Shown: positions 39,052 through 50,278 of the stretch, in pieces | Layout of the letters: each line of letters opens with the position of its first letter | How positions within the stretch are numbered: the first letter of the stretch is position 1 | Assembly (NCBI GenBank): GCA_037305845.1 | Contig: CP147778.1 | Span: forward strand, 3,040,001-3,104,000 | Direction of reading: 5' to 3' | From: Candidatus Freyarchaeum deiterrae | GTDB taxonomy: Archaea; Asgardarchaeota; Jordiarchaeia; Jordiarchaeales; Jordiarchaeaceae | Length of the DNA: 64,000 nt | Notes under the pieces: model-generated | The model's input: the letters and a program-made list of their open reading frames with translations, nothing else | What the model was told of the DNA's origin: nothing | The model's database searches: none | Translations under genes and position numbers: made by a program

Positions 39052-40002
39052 TCAAAGCTTCAATATCTTTTTTGCGTTTTTTCCCATTATTTTTTCCTTG
39101 TCTTCTATGCTTATGTCGAGGTTCAGTATGTTGTTTAGGTTTTCTACCATGCCCGTTTTTCTATCACAGTAGGCTAGAACTACTGGAAAGTCGCTTCCGT
39201 ACAATATTTTGTCAGCTCCTATCCTCTCTATCGCTCTTCTCGTCAGCTCCGGGTCAACAGCCGAGGTATCTGTGTAAACGTTATCATGCTCCGAAGCTAC
39301 TTTCATCATCTCCTCAAACCATATCCCCGGGTTCTCGGCGCTGTAACTTCCCAGATGAGCTCCCACTATTTTCAAACGCGGGAATTTCTCCGCAACTTCA
39401 CCCAAAAAGTTTGGTTGTGCATCCTTGCAAAAATCAGGATACTCCCATATTTCTGGATCACATCCAGTATGACACAATATCACTAATTCCTCTTTCTGAG
39501 CATACTCATATATCGGATCTAAACGTTCGTCTGTGGGGTTGACGAACTGGAAGGTGGGTATCAGTTTGATTCCCTTAAAACCAAACTTTTTTATTTTCCC
39601 CAGTTTTTCTTCAATCTCTTCCTCCGGCCTCTTCGGGTTAATGGAGCCAAATCCAATAATTCTTTTAGGGTCTTTTTTAACGTACTCGTATATGTCCTCT
39701 TCGGTTCTGTAAACATGATCGAACCAGGACATAATCCCGATAAGGATGCTTCCAAAATTTCCTCCCCCCAAGTTTCTTATGTATCTTACCGGTCTATAGA
39801 ATAAATCCTGATTCGCTGCAACATCGTTTTTTTCAACGTCGAAAGCGAGAAGAACCGCCTCATCAACACCTGCTTCATCCATTCTGCCAATAAGCTCTCC
39901 CTCCACAGAATCAAAACCAGGCGGAACAGGATCCATGAGTGTATCCGGAGGGTGTACATGAATATCTATAACTTCAATCTTTCTGCCCTCAATAGTTATC
40001 AT
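39052..40002 (-). CDS. Amidohydrolase family 2 protein
   Basis: IDIHVH, GIKL, HTG, AHLG, DTS, ILYGSDFP; start set at MITIEG. Confidence 0.9.
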   Translation of the reverse strand: MITIEGRKIEVIDIHVHPPDTLMDPVPPGFDSVEGELIGRMDEAGVDEAVLLAFDVEKNDVAANQDLFYRPVRYIRNLGGGNFGSILIGIMSWFDHVYRTEEDIYEYVKKDPKRIIGFGSINPKRPEEEIEEKLGKIKKFGFKGIKLIPTFQFVNPTDERLDPIYEYAQKEELVILCHTGCDPEIWEYPDFCKDAQPNFLGEVAEKFPRLKIVGAHLGSYSAENPGIWFEEMMKVASEHDNVYTDTSAVDPELTRRAIERIGADKILYGSDFPVVLAYCDRKTGMVENLNNILNLDISIEDKEKIMGKNAKKILKL

Positions 40003-40225
40003 AGAACTCAACCCTACTAGATTTGCTATAAAGCACCCTGAGCAACTATAATACACTTATTACTAAGAGCCTATACGGTCTGGCACTTTTAAACTTTAAG
40101 TAGATTTTGATTTTTCCTAACAAAAAAAGGAAATTTAATAAATTATATTTCAAAACTTCTTTTCTCGATTAATAAGAACAAGTTACGTACGATTTAAATT
40201 TGCAATCTATCCAGATGCAATAACT

Positions 40226-40744
40226 TTAGCCACTGCTCTGAGACTCCTTAACTCGGACTCGACTCAATACTTTTGGTGCGTCCTTCTCACTGTTCCCTTC
40301 TTTTTGCTTTACCCAAACATCGTAGATTTGATATATCAACTTGAGGGCGTCTTCTCCAGGATGTATGACGATTTCGCCGTAACGTTTAGCTCGGGGGTGA
40401 TTTGGATCTAATTTCTTCGCAAGATCGTTTTCGTAACTTAATTTTCTGAAGCCATTCTTACTTAACGATTCAGGAGCTAATTCCACTTCTCCACTTACCC
40501 GGGGCTTAAATGAATTAATAGGACATCCACCATGTTCCTTTATTATGGCTGATAAAAACAGCCCACCCCTACAGGAGTAAATATAATTTAATTGGGCTCT
40601 GCCAAATTCATCCGTATCATGCTGTATAGATACTCCTATAAGATTCTCACAGCCTCTGCAGGGTCTTTCCGCTCCTTCTACCACTTTTTTCTCAAAGTTT
40701 TGTATAGATTCTGCTTCTTCCCTTTTCCTCACTGTTTCGTGCAT
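40226..40744 (-). CDS. Hypothetical protein with four Cys (CxxC...C...CP)
   Basis: GGAGG SD before MHETV; PCRGC, YSCRG, GCP. Confidence 0.65.
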   Translation of the reverse strand: MHETVRKREEAESIQNFEKKVVEGAERPCRGCENLIGVSIQHDTDEFGRAQLNYIYSCRGGLFLSAIIKEHGGCPINSFKPRVSGEVELAPESLSKNGFRKLSYENDLAKKLDPNHPRAKRYGEIVIHPGEDALKLIYQIYDVWVKQKEGNSEKDAPKVLSRVRVKESQSSG

Positions 40745-41097
40745 CTGCCTTCCTCCAAGAATAAACGCCTTTGAATCTCTCCAATTATAGCCTTTGTAAT
40801 AGTTGTATATATAAAACTTATCATAAATATCTGCGACTTTCATAAAAGAATATGCAATGTATACGCTGGGGGTGCTGTGAGAAAAGCTCCAAGAAGATAA
40901 AGAGTAAGAAAAACCAAGGACTGAGAGTTCATAAATTTGAGGACTGAAAATTGAATGAAACGTTAAGGAATGGGGGCTTGAATAGTTTGTTGGTTTCGGT
41001 GTTGGTTTTTATATTTTATCGGGGTATACTAAAAACTTAAATAGGATGAATTGCATGATAAATATGAATAATATGAAAAATTATATTGGTGTGAATT

Positions 41098-41382
41098 ATG
41101 GCAAAAATTGGTAAAGGCAAATTCATCTTCGGAACCGTAAAAGTCGGTGAAAGAGGACAAATAGTGATACCAAAAGAGGCTCGAGAACTATTCAAAATCA
41201 ACCCCGGAGACACTCTACTAGTTGCAGGTGACCTAAACAAGGGACTCGCAATCGCCAAGGTTGAGGGAATTAAGGGATACATATTGAAAATTCTTTCGGC
41301 ACCTGAAGATAAGCCCTCAGACATCCAAGAAGTTCCTAAAGCATCGGAAGAAGATGAATCCGAAGAAGAATCAGATAAATGA
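41098..41382 (+). CDS. AbrB/MazE/SpoVT family DNA-binding protein
   Basis: KVGERGQIVIPKEARELFKINPGD. Confidence 0.92.
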   Translation: MAKIGKGKFIFGTVKVGERGQIVIPKEARELFKINPGDTLLVAGDLNKGLAIAKVEGIKGYILKILSAPEDKPSDIQEVPKASEEDESEEESDK

Positions 41383-41453
41383 AAATTTGTAAATCGGAGG
41401 GTTTGAAGAAATATCGATAAATTAAGAAAGAATAATAGGAGCGTAATAAAAAA

Positions 41454-41981
41454 ATGGGTGAATCAACACCAAATCTTGGTTTTAAATTAATGGCTCTCAT
41501 GTTCAAGGTTCGCGATTCCATCGCGCCCCGCAAGAATATTCTAAAAGAGGTGGGAATTAAACCAGGTTTTCATTTGCTCGATTATGGTTGCGGTCCTGGG
41601 GGTTATATAACCACCGCAGCAGATTTAGTGGGAAAATCAGGGAAAATTTATGCTCTGGATATTAACCCGCTTGCAATTCGGAGTGTTCAGAATATTGCTT
41701 CGAAAAAGAAGCTGACGAATGTGGAAACTATTCTTTCAGATCGCAAAACTGGATTGCCCAATAACAGTCTGGATGTAATACTATTGTACGATGCTTTTCA
41801 CGGTTTGAGTGACCAGAATGGGGTATTAAAAGAGTTGCATCGCGTCTTGACACCAAGAGGAATTCTATCCTTCAGTGACCATCATATGAAAGAAAATGAA
41901 ATAGTGTCCAAGATAACCAAAAACGAATTGTTCAAACTATCAAAAAAAGGCGAAAAAACTTACAGTTTTCAAAAAAAGTAA
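41454..41981 (+). CDS. Class I SAM-dependent methyltransferase
   Basis: LLDYGCGPG, YALDI, ELHRVL. Confidence 0.9.
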   Translation: MGESTPNLGFKLMALMFKVRDSIAPRKNILKEVGIKPGFHLLDYGCGPGGYITTAADLVGKSGKIYALDINPLAIRSVQNIASKKKLTNVETILSDRKTGLPNNSLDVILLYDAFHGLSDQNGVLKELHRVLTPRGILSFSDHHMKENEIVSKITKNELFKLSKKGEKTYSFQKK

Positions 41982-42013
41982 AAGTCAGGAAAATTATTAG
42001 AAGATGAAATATT

Positions 42014-42859
42014 ATGAGTGGGAAAGCGGTTTTAAACCCTAAAAAAGGGACGGAACCTTCTAAGAAGGTAAAAGTAAAGAATGGTAAAAAGCCCAATTAC
42101 GGATACGTTGCTCTCAAACCTTTTCTAGGAATTACTATTGTAGGTATAATTGGGTTAATTGTGGCTTTGGCAGGTCTTGCAGGTCTTTTCATCAATTGGT
42201 CACTAAGCTGGGTTTTACTACTAGTTGGTATTCCAATAGCCTTTGTAGGATTGTATATCGGAGCTTCATATGTACCAATGCATTATTTGCTACTCAGACC
42301 TCGATACATTACCAATATGTGGAAACAGGTTGCGGAAAACGAGGATGTTAAGGGCAACGAATATCTTCTGGATGCAGGTTGCGGTACAGGATCATTAGCT
42401 ATTAATTGGGCTAAGATTTTGAATAAAGGAAAAGTAGTTGGCATTGACATTTACGGTGGTATGAGCGGTAATTCACCCGACCAGGCTTACAGGAACGCAG
42501 AACTAGAGGGTGTTATCAAAAGAGTAGAATTCAAAAATGGAAACATTTTAGAGATTCCTTACCCCGATAATACATTTGACATAGTTACTGCAGGTTCCGT
42601 GCTTCACGAGTTACACGAAGAAGAGGATAAAATCAAAGCCCTAAAAGAAATAAAGCGGGTTTTGAAGCCCGGAGGCAAATTCATGACCGTTGAACTTCTA
42701 AGAAATGCCAGAATGTCTCTCGCCATGCTATTCTTCGCACTTGTTTGGAAGCCTAAACAGTATTGGATTAACCTTCTGAAAAAAACAGGTTTTAGAAATT
42801 TGAAAATTGAAGAGGGTAAGCGGTATATAAATTACGCCATATACATTGTCCAGAAGTAG
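42014..42859 (+). CDS. Membrane-anchored class I SAM-dependent methyltransferase
   Basis: Two N-terminal TM segments; LDAGCGTG, FDIV, RVLKPGG. Confidence 0.9.
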   Translation: MSGKAVLNPKKGTEPSKKVKVKNGKKPNYGYVALKPFLGITIVGIIGLIVALAGLAGLFINWSLSWVLLLVGIPIAFVGLYIGASYVPMHYLLLRPRYITNMWKQVAENEDVKGNEYLLDAGCGTGSLAINWAKILNKGKVVGIDIYGGMSGNSPDQAYRNAELEGVIKRVEFKNGNILEIPYPDNTFDIVTAGSVLHELHEEEDKIKALKEIKRVLKPGGKFMTVELLRNARMSLAMLFFALVWKPKQYWINLLKKTGFRNLKIEEGKRYINYAIYIVQK

Positions 42860-43192
42860 AAAGGAAGATACTAACACATTCTTCCTTAAAATCTGGTTTT
42901 TCTTTTTTCAAAGAATGCTATGGCCACTTCTATGTGGCATCGGATGAGTATAGTCGAGCTTAGTAGCGGATCTCCTGTTTTAGCATTTCACGGAAGAGTT
43001 CACCATATCCTTCATATATGTGTCTTTTCCAGCATTAGTTATTTTATCGTTCAACAAACAAAGTGTGTTTGCATTTTTCATATTTATTTTACTGTGCGGT
43101 TTTGGGGGGATAAATTTATTATCTTTTTTATGGAGATTTCAACGAAAGTTAAGTTAATTATTTAAAATTGATTCTATTGAGGAGGAAGAGTT

Positions 43193-43771
43193 GTGGTAAG
43201 ACTTTCTAAAGAAGCAGAAAAGCTGATAAAAAGGTTTCAGAAAACCGAGAAACAGAAAGAGTTTCAATACGATTTTTTTGTGGATCAATCCAAATACGAG
43301 AAATGGGAAGATGTGAAGATAGGAACTGAGGGATTCGGAGAAAGAGAGTTTAAGGTTAAGAGAGAGGACATTGACGCTTATATGGAGTGCACTCAAGACG
43401 AGAACCCAGTTTTTAATGATGAAGAATTCGCAAAGGAAACCGCTTGGGGTGGTTTGATTGCGCCTCCAATGTTTATTACCCCTGTAAACTTCTGGATTGC
43501 TGGTACCAGTTCTGGCAGCTGGATTAGAACCCCCGGCGCAATTAATCCGGGACAAAAAATAGAATTCTACGAACCTATCCGAGAAGGCGATGTACTAAAA
43601 ATCAAATCGCAAGCTTATGACAAATACATCAAGAGAGGAAAACGCTACCTCACATATTACTCGGAAATCATAAACCAGAAAGATGAACTTGTCGCTATAT
43701 GGTGGGGAACACTAATACTCCCGTTTTCAAAAGGCGAGGAGGAGCACAAGATAGAAGGAGCGAAAAAGTAA
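43193..43771 (+). CDS. MaoC-like hotdog dehydratase subunit
   Basis: DENPVF.DEEFA, GLIAPP, EFYEPIREGD. Confidence 0.85.
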   Translation: MVRLSKEAEKLIKRFQKTEKQKEFQYDFFVDQSKYEKWEDVKIGTEGFGEREFKVKREDIDAYMECTQDENPVFNDEEFAKETAWGGLIAPPMFITPVNFWIAGTSSGSWIRTPGAINPGQKIEFYEPIREGDVLKIKSQAYDKYIKRGKRYLTYYSEIINQKDELVAIWWGTLILPFSKGEEEHKIEGAKK

Positions 43772-43799
43772 TTGCATAAAAAGGAAAGTGGTGAAATAA

Positions 43800-44237
43800 T
43801 TGTCTCAAAAAGTGAAATTTGAAGATGTAGAATTGGATTACGAATTACCTCCCGTGGAAATGCTCGTCACTCAGGAATTAATTTCAAGATTCGCTTGCGG
43901 TTCACTTGATTTCAATCCGATCCACGTGGATCCAGTTTGGGCCAAAGAAGTGAACCTTTTTGGCATTGGAAGCACTATTGCTCATGGACAGTGGACCATC
44001 GCTTTGATGACTCAAGTAATCACAAACTGGTGCTATGCTGATGGGGGCAGGTTGAAATCCATAGATATAAAACTCATCAAACCGGTTATACCAGGAGATA
44101 CTGTCAAGTTTTACGGAAAAGTAGTTGCGAAACATCCAAGAACGAAGGAAATGAGCTTCGTAGACTTGGAGCTCTATGCAGACAACCAGAACGGCGACAA
44201 GGTGGCTGTAGGCAAAGCTCAGGCATATTTACCTTAA
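43800..44237 (+). CDS. MaoC family dehydratase (catalytic subunit)
   Basis: SLDFNPIHVD, IAHG, PVIPGD. Confidence 0.9.
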   Translation: MSQKVKFEDVELDYELPPVEMLVTQELISRFACGSLDFNPIHVDPVWAKEVNLFGIGSTIAHGQWTIALMTQVITNWCYADGGRLKSIDIKLIKPVIPGDTVKFYGKVVAKHPRTKEMSFVDLELYADNQNGDKVAVGKAQAYLP

Positions 44238-44256
44238 CCCAAAAACTATGAAAAAT

Positions 44257-45699
44257 TCATCCTAACTCTTCCCTCTTGGTTTTATCAAGGAATTCTCTAT
44301 ATTTAAACAGGGACAGTAGTGTTTTTGCTGCGTCTTGTTCGGTTGGGTGTATTGAAATTCCTGATTCGTAGAGTCTTTTTAGTATATTAGGCATTTCTTC
44401 TGCATCTATACCTTTGAAGCGTGCACTGAGTTCTTTGTCTTGTATTTGGTCGATGTTAGTTACAACCGCAGTGGTTTTTTTTATTTTTTCTTTGAATTGA
44501 ACTAATGCTTCTGCAAAGTTTTTATCCATCCTGAAGTTGTAAACTAATATCATGTCAACATTCTCATCCTGGCCAACTATTGTTGCACTACGCATGTAAA
44601 GTGTATTATCAGTAGCCACAGTGAATCCCAAGTCTATGGGGTTTGAGTTGCTTGTTCCAAGATTTGGGATTATTTCTGAAAGTTTGTTTTTGGTATCTTC
44701 TGACAGCTCAGCTAGTTTCAGCCCTTTTTGTTCACATACATCCGCGGCGGAAACCGCAGGGCCTCCGGGTGCAGATACAATTGCCACTCGATTGCTTTTT
44801 GGTAGTTGGGGATTAATTAAAGCGGTAATACTTCCGAACAATTCGTACACGTTTTCCACATTTATTAAGCCCGCCTGTTTGTACACCGCATCCCATATTT
44901 CTCTTTTTCCGCAAAGTGAGCCCGTATGTGAGCCTGCCGCCTTAGCACCACCCGTTGTCCTCCCAACCTTCCATAATATAACTGGTTTTTTCTTTGAGAT
45001 TTGTTTTGCTAATCCGAGAAACCTTCGTCCATCTTCCACACCCTCCAAATAACAGGCAATGATCCCGGTTTGGGGGTCATTTCCCAGATACTCCAAAAAA
45101 TCGTTAGCATCTAAATCACAAGCGTTTCCTAGACTAATAACCTTACTAAATGTTACCCCACGAATCTTCCCCGCCATGGCAATGTACATAGCTAAAGATC
45201 CTGACTGGGAGATAAAAGAAACAGGCCCACTTTCTTTAGATAGTCCTGGGATGAAAGACAGTTTTGTGGAGGGGCAGTAAAGACCCATACAGTTTGGTCC
45301 AATTATTCTTAGGTTGCCCTTTCTGGCAATACTGACTAGTTCCTGCTCTCTCTTCTTTCCCTCCACTCCTTGCTCTCGGTAACCCGAAGCAAAAATTACG
45401 GCTCCCTTAACATTTTTCTCGACGGCTTCTTCAATTACTTGAGGCACTTTATCCGGATGCAATGAAACCACTAGAAGGTCTACCGGATCTTCTATGTCTT
45501 TAAGGCTGGGATAGCTCTTCAATCCCATCACTTTTTCCTCCTCAGGATTAATGGGATAGAGTTTCCCTTCGAAGCCAATATCTATGAAGTTATAGAGAAG
45601 CATATTTCCAAGTCTAGCTCTCTTATCACTAGCACCGGTTATCGCGATGGATCTCGGCTTGAAAATTACATCTATTTGAGAAATCAAATCCTCTTTCAA
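44257..45699 (-). CDS. NDP-forming acyl-CoA synthetase alpha-subunit-like (CoA-binding) protein
   Basis: FKPRSIAITGAS, GPNCMG, SQSG, SHTGSL phospho-His motif, NPID. Confidence 0.9.
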   Translation of the reverse strand: MKEDLISQIDVIFKPRSIAITGASDKRARLGNMLLYNFIDIGFEGKLYPINPEEEKVMGLKSYPSLKDIEDPVDLLVVSLHPDKVPQVIEEAVEKNVKGAVIFASGYREQGVEGKKREQELVSIARKGNLRIIGPNCMGLYCPSTKLSFIPGLSKESGPVSFISQSGSLAMYIAMAGKIRGVTFSKVISLGNACDLDANDFLEYLGNDPQTGIIACYLEGVEDGRRFLGLAKQISKKKPVILWKVGRTTGGAKAAGSHTGSLCGKREIWDAVYKQAGLINVENVYELFGSITALINPQLPKSNRVAIVSAPGGPAVSAADVCEQKGLKLAELSEDTKNKLSEIIPNLGTSNSNPIDLGFTVATDNTLYMRSATIVGQDENVDMILVYNFRMDKNFAEALVQFKEKIKKTTAVVTNIDQIQDKELSARFKGIDAEEMPNILKRLYESGISIHPTEQDAAKTLLSLFKYREFLDKTKREELG

Positions 45700-45942
45700 G
45701 ATAAAACCTCAAAACTATTAAACACAAAAACTACAGTTTACCGCCAACGATATAAAACTAACGAAAAGAAGTTATGCGTAACCAATAGAAACAAGTTTGA
45801 AAAAGTATAAATATGTACACTCATTTTCTTTATACTTGAGGCATGCTGAGAGGCTATAACTTTTATAAATACCTTTACAGCTCAAAATAAGAAAGTGAAA
45901 TTAGTTATTAATTGTCCATGCAGAATTTTTTAGGAAAATATT

Positions 45943-46605
45943 TTGCCTGGGGTGAGACAGTTGTTTAAGGATCGGGTTGATGCAGGAGTTAAGCTGGCTG
46001 AGGAATTGTTGAAGTATAAAAAAGATAATCCAGTAGTCTTAGCTATTCCTAGGGGAGGAGTTGTGGTGGGTTATGAGGTAGCCAAAGAACTTGGTGCTCC
46101 ACTCGACATAGTTGTTCCGCGTAAAATTCCCGCGCCCTCTAACCCCGAACTGGGTATAGGGGCGGTAACACAGGATGGAACTGTGATAATTGACGAACAG
46201 ATAAGAGGTTACTTGTTTGTTTCAGATGATTACATTAAGGAAGAGACAGAGAGACAAATCAAGGAAATTAAAAGAAGAATGAAAGCTTACCTCGGCGATA
46301 AAAAACCTATCTCTCTCAATGACCGGGTCGTAATTCTTGTTGATGACGGAATAGCAACAGGGGCAACTATGATAGCAGCCATCCGCTCGATAAGAAAACA
46401 GCAGCCTCAAAAAATTGTGGCAGCCGTACCAGTGGGGCCTCCAAGCACAATCCATAGAGTTAAGGAGGAGGCTGATGAGGTTGTTTGTCTAAAAACGGAT
46501 GAACTATTCGAGGCAGTAGGACAATTCTACATTGATTTCAGACAAACAAGTGATGACGAAGTTATAGCTCTCCTTAAAAAAGCAAAAACAGATTTCAAAG
46601 ATTAG
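45943..46605 (+). CDS. Type I phosphoribosyltransferase
   Basis: FKDRVDAG, IPRGG, ILVDDGIATGAT, AVGQFY.DF. Confidence 0.9.
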   Translation: MPGVRQLFKDRVDAGVKLAEELLKYKKDNPVVLAIPRGGVVVGYEVAKELGAPLDIVVPRKIPAPSNPELGIGAVTQDGTVIIDEQIRGYLFVSDDYIKEETERQIKEIKRRMKAYLGDKKPISLNDRVVILVDDGIATGATMIAAIRSIRKQQPQKIVAAVPVGPPSTIHRVKEEADEVVCLKTDELFEAVGQFYIDFRQTSDDEVIALLKKAKTDFKD

Positions 46606-47211
46606 CAACGCTTTCCCATTTTAAATGAATGATTGGTTTGTATTTTGCAGACTGAATTTTTTGAGTCTTATCCGCAATATTTTATCGAGAAGGTGGATTT
46701 CATTATTCGTATTGGGCTGATAATTTTTAATGACTGTTTTTCTATCACGCATTCATCATTTAGACTTCGGTTTCTAAATTCTTTTTTACAAAAACAAACA
46801 CTTTGATGCATAAAAATTAGGAGAAAGGGTAGGACACTTCTTAGAATACTAATCTGACCAATATTTATTAAAAAATTCACAAAATGAACACTTTATAATA
46901 CAACTTTTTTACATTTTTAATTGAATTTTTCGCAATACAGAGAATAAAATTTATTTAAGACGAAATCGAATAAGTCTGTTATACGTACTATATCGAATTA
47001 TTAGAGCTTCCTGATGCAGACCGAGTAATATAGATTATTAGCATAATAGAAACACACCAAATAATTCGATTTCAGTACTTTTTTGGAAATAGCCATTTCA
47101 AATTCAAAACTCGTAACGAATAAATTATACAGCAAGATGAGCGGGGAAAGAAAAACCGAGTTTAATACCTCTAATCGTGAATGTTGAAAACATCTAACCG
47201 GAGGATCATTA

Positions 47212-48708
47212 ATGGTATCCCATTTATTGAGCTCGAAAGACATTCTTGTGGAATTGAGGAATGTTGTGGGTGAAGGTTTTGTTTCCAACACACAGGAAGA
47301 CCTTATCCCATACCTGAGGGATTCGTTTTCATCCCTTGGTGAGAAGTTCTTTGGTAAACCCGCCATGCCCGGCGTTGTGGTTTTTCCTGCTAACGCTGAA
47401 GAAGTTCAAAAGGTGGTTAAGATTGCTAACAAGTATAAAATTGCCATAATGCCTGTTGCTTTTGGAACAAACATGGCGGGTATCACCGTGCCATCAGTGG
47501 AAGGCTCAATGATAATTGACCTGAAGAGGTTAAATAGAGTAATCGAAATCGATGATGATTCCATGACTGCTACTATCGAACCAGCTGTTTCGTATGGTAA
47601 ACTTGACTCGGAGGCTAGGAAACATGGGCTTAAAACAGTTAGTAAAATAGGAGGATACACTGGAGGGCTTGTAGGGAATTTCGTAAGTGCGAATATGCGT
47701 CCATATAATTCCCGGTACGGTTGGACAGATCCTGTCGTTTCACTTGAGGTGGTTCTACCAAACGGCGACCTGCTCAGAACAGGGTCACAAGCCGTCCCCG
47801 GTTTTGAGAAGATAAACCCCTATGCAAGGTACTGTTTTGGACCGGACTTTGTTGGTTTGTTTAGAGGGAGCCTAGGCTCGTATGGTATCGTAACCAAAAT
47901 GGTAGTTCGCCTATACCCTGTTGGTGAGAAGAATGAGTTTCTATGGTATGAGTTCAGTGGCTTGGAGGATTTGCTTAAAGCCGTCAGAGAAACCCAGAGA
48001 AATGATATTGGAAACTCCGTTATGGCATACAATGCTAGCGGCATACTCTCGATTATAACGGACTACGGGGACAAATCAAACCCTGAGACAAACAAACGAA
48101 TTAAATCTATGTTTCCAGAATCTAAATGGTACCTTTTCATTGAACTCGAAGGAGCCGCCGTGAAGGTTAAAGTTGAAAAAAAGATAACAGATGAGATCTG
48201 CATTAAAGAAAACAAGGGAAAAGTGGTTCAATTACCCACGGAGAAGATGACGAAATACTTACAGGACTACACAACTCACAGGGGGGAAGCGGTAATGCAT
48301 CAGTGCAATGGAGGCCTTTTCGCGTTCTGGTGCAGCATGCCTCTAAAAAGAATAAAACCCTTCATAGATGATGCTAACCCTCAATTCGAAAAATTGGGAC
48401 TGAAGGATTTTATTTGTCCAACTGAGCCAGCACCCATCAGATGGGTTGTCATTCCCTTTGACAGAGGAACAACAATGATCTGTGGAATCAGCATCGAGTA
48501 CGACCCTCTAGACAAAGAACAGGTGGAAAAGCTTAGCGAAATGATCCAACCTCTCGTAATTACAATGCTAAAACACGGGGGAACACTTCCACTGACAATG
48601 CAGCAACTAACAAATATGCTACTAATGCCAAGCTACGCAAATCTATTACGTACCATCAAAAAGCTCCTCGACCCAGAGAACATACTTGTCCCAGGCAAAT
48701 TGTGTTAA
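47212..48708 (+). CDS. FAD-binding oxidoreductase (GlcD/VAO-PCMH family)
   Basis: VVFPANAEEV, GTN, IDLKRLN, SLEVVLPNG, GSLGSYGIVTK, DPENILVPGK. Confidence 0.9.
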   Translation: MVSHLLSSKDILVELRNVVGEGFVSNTQEDLIPYLRDSFSSLGEKFFGKPAMPGVVVFPANAEEVQKVVKIANKYKIAIMPVAFGTNMAGITVPSVEGSMIIDLKRLNRVIEIDDDSMTATIEPAVSYGKLDSEARKHGLKTVSKIGGYTGGLVGNFVSANMRPYNSRYGWTDPVVSLEVVLPNGDLLRTGSQAVPGFEKINPYARYCFGPDFVGLFRGSLGSYGIVTKMVVRLYPVGEKNEFLWYEFSGLEDLLKAVRETQRNDIGNSVMAYNASGILSIITDYGDKSNPETNKRIKSMFPESKWYLFIELEGAAVKVKVEKKITDEICIKENKGKVVQLPTEKMTKYLQDYTTHRGEAVMHQCNGGLFAFWCSMPLKRIKPFIDDANPQFEKLGLKDFICPTEPAPIRWVVIPFDRGTTMICGISIEYDPLDKEQVEKLSEMIQPLVITMLKHGGTLPLTMQQLTNMLLMPSYANLLRTIKKLLDPENILVPGKLC

Positions 48709-48810
48709 TGAGATAACTCACGTAAACTATTCTAAAAATACCTACTGTTTTAAAGAACCTCGAAAAGTCTCCTTTTCGCAGAAGAAGAATAGGATAAGTG
48801 AAATAATGGA

Positions 48811-50052
48811 GTGTATAAGCAAATGAATAATTTTCTAAAGATTAAGAATGATTGTGACTTGGTGAATTTTATTGAAAGATGTGCCAAGTGCTCTTACTGC
48901 TTAGAGGATAAGAATTCTCACCTGCCTATCTGTCCTTCAACCGAGTACTTCCACTTAGCCTCACACCGCCCCCCGGGGAGACTTGAGTTAGCAAGAGCAT
49001 TGATAGGCTTGTATGATAACATTGAGTTAGATTTGAACATGGATGAAATTGTGAAGAAATTCTACTCCTGCATGTTATGCGGCGCATGCGATTATAAATG
49101 CAGAGAGTTAACCGGTAAAAGTCCCCTTAGCGTCTTTATGGAAGTACGAAAAGAACTTTTCAATAACAATATTGGTCCACCTGCTGCCCATAGAATTCTA
49201 TTTGAAAACGTGTTAAAACACGGTAACCCACAGGGTATGCCAAGGGAGAAGAGGCCTGAACGTATACTACCTCTCATCAGTAACTCTCACTACATAAACA
49301 GAAATGCCCCTTTATTGTATTTTGTGGGTTGCGTTTCATCCTATTCCGACAACCTGCCATCACACGCCGCTAACATGGTAAGAGTCCTGATGAAAGCCGA
49401 AACTGAATTTAGGATTCTCCCAGATGAACCCTGCTGCTCACACGTGTTAATTAAGACCGGACAGGAAAACCTAATCCTTGACTACATGAAAGAAGCATTT
49501 GATAAAGTCAACTCCACTGGAGTGAAACAAGTACTCTTCTCATGTCCCGCTTGCTATAGAGCATTCAAATATGAGTATCCAAAGCTGCTCGGCGTGGAAC
49601 CGAACTTTGAATGCATCACATCATCAGAATTCATATACAACCTATTAAATGAAGGAAAATTACAGCCGAATGGAAAAGGGAACTCGGAAGAGGAAGTCGT
49701 AGTGACTTATCACGACCCCTGCCATCTTGGACGACAGAGCGGCATCTACGATCCCCCTCGAAAAATCTTGGAATCCATTAAAGGATTGAAGCTTGTTGAG
49801 ATGCCAAGGAATAGAGAGAACTCTTGGTGCTGCGGCGTAGGTGGAGGCGTAAAAACAGCGTTCCCGGAATTCTCCCAAAAAACATCGGAAGAAAGAATAA
49901 ACGAAGCTAAATCAGTAGGTGCAACCATCCTAGTAACAGCATGCCCTGCATGTGAGAGCGGATTCAAAGACGCCTTAAAAGCACATAAGGATGATAACAA
50001 TCTGAAAGTACTAAATGTCGTTGATATTATTGCTAATCACCTAGGAATCTAA
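48811..50052 (+). CDS. Fe-S/CCG-domain oxidoreductase (GlcF/HdrD-like)
   Basis: CxxC ferredoxin motifs, YFVGC, CC, CPAC, YHDPCHLGR, CCGVGG. Confidence 0.9.
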   Translation: MYKQMNNFLKIKNDCDLVNFIERCAKCSYCLEDKNSHLPICPSTEYFHLASHRPPGRLELARALIGLYDNIELDLNMDEIVKKFYSCMLCGACDYKCRELTGKSPLSVFMEVRKELFNNNIGPPAAHRILFENVLKHGNPQGMPREKRPERILPLISNSHYINRNAPLLYFVGCVSSYSDNLPSHAANMVRVLMKAETEFRILPDEPCCSHVLIKTGQENLILDYMKEAFDKVNSTGVKQVLFSCPACYRAFKYEYPKLLGVEPNFECITSSEFIYNLLNEGKLQPNGKGNSEEEVVVTYHDPCHLGRQSGIYDPPRKILESIKGLKLVEMPRNRENSWCCGVGGGVKTAFPEFSQKTSEERINEAKSVGATILVTACPACESGFKDALKAHKDDNNLKVLNVVDIIANHLGI

Positions 50053-50278
50053 CTACAAAGATCCTTAATACCCCTTGAATAATTTCTTACATTCATTCTT
50101 TAAGATTCATCCATTAAAATAAAATCTCTCTAAATTATTCATTAGTCGAAGAAGATGTGTCTAAGAAGTATGTTGAGATTTTCGCAATATAAAAAAGGAA
50201 ACTTTTATTTGAGAAAAAAATACATTATAATATAGTTATAATTATACCTTATTTTTAGACGATGCAGGTGATAAATGA

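Noticed and set aside
42910-42990. Hammerhead-like fold (CGGAUGAG near small hairpins)
   Set aside because: Core CUGAUGA and GAAA are absent.
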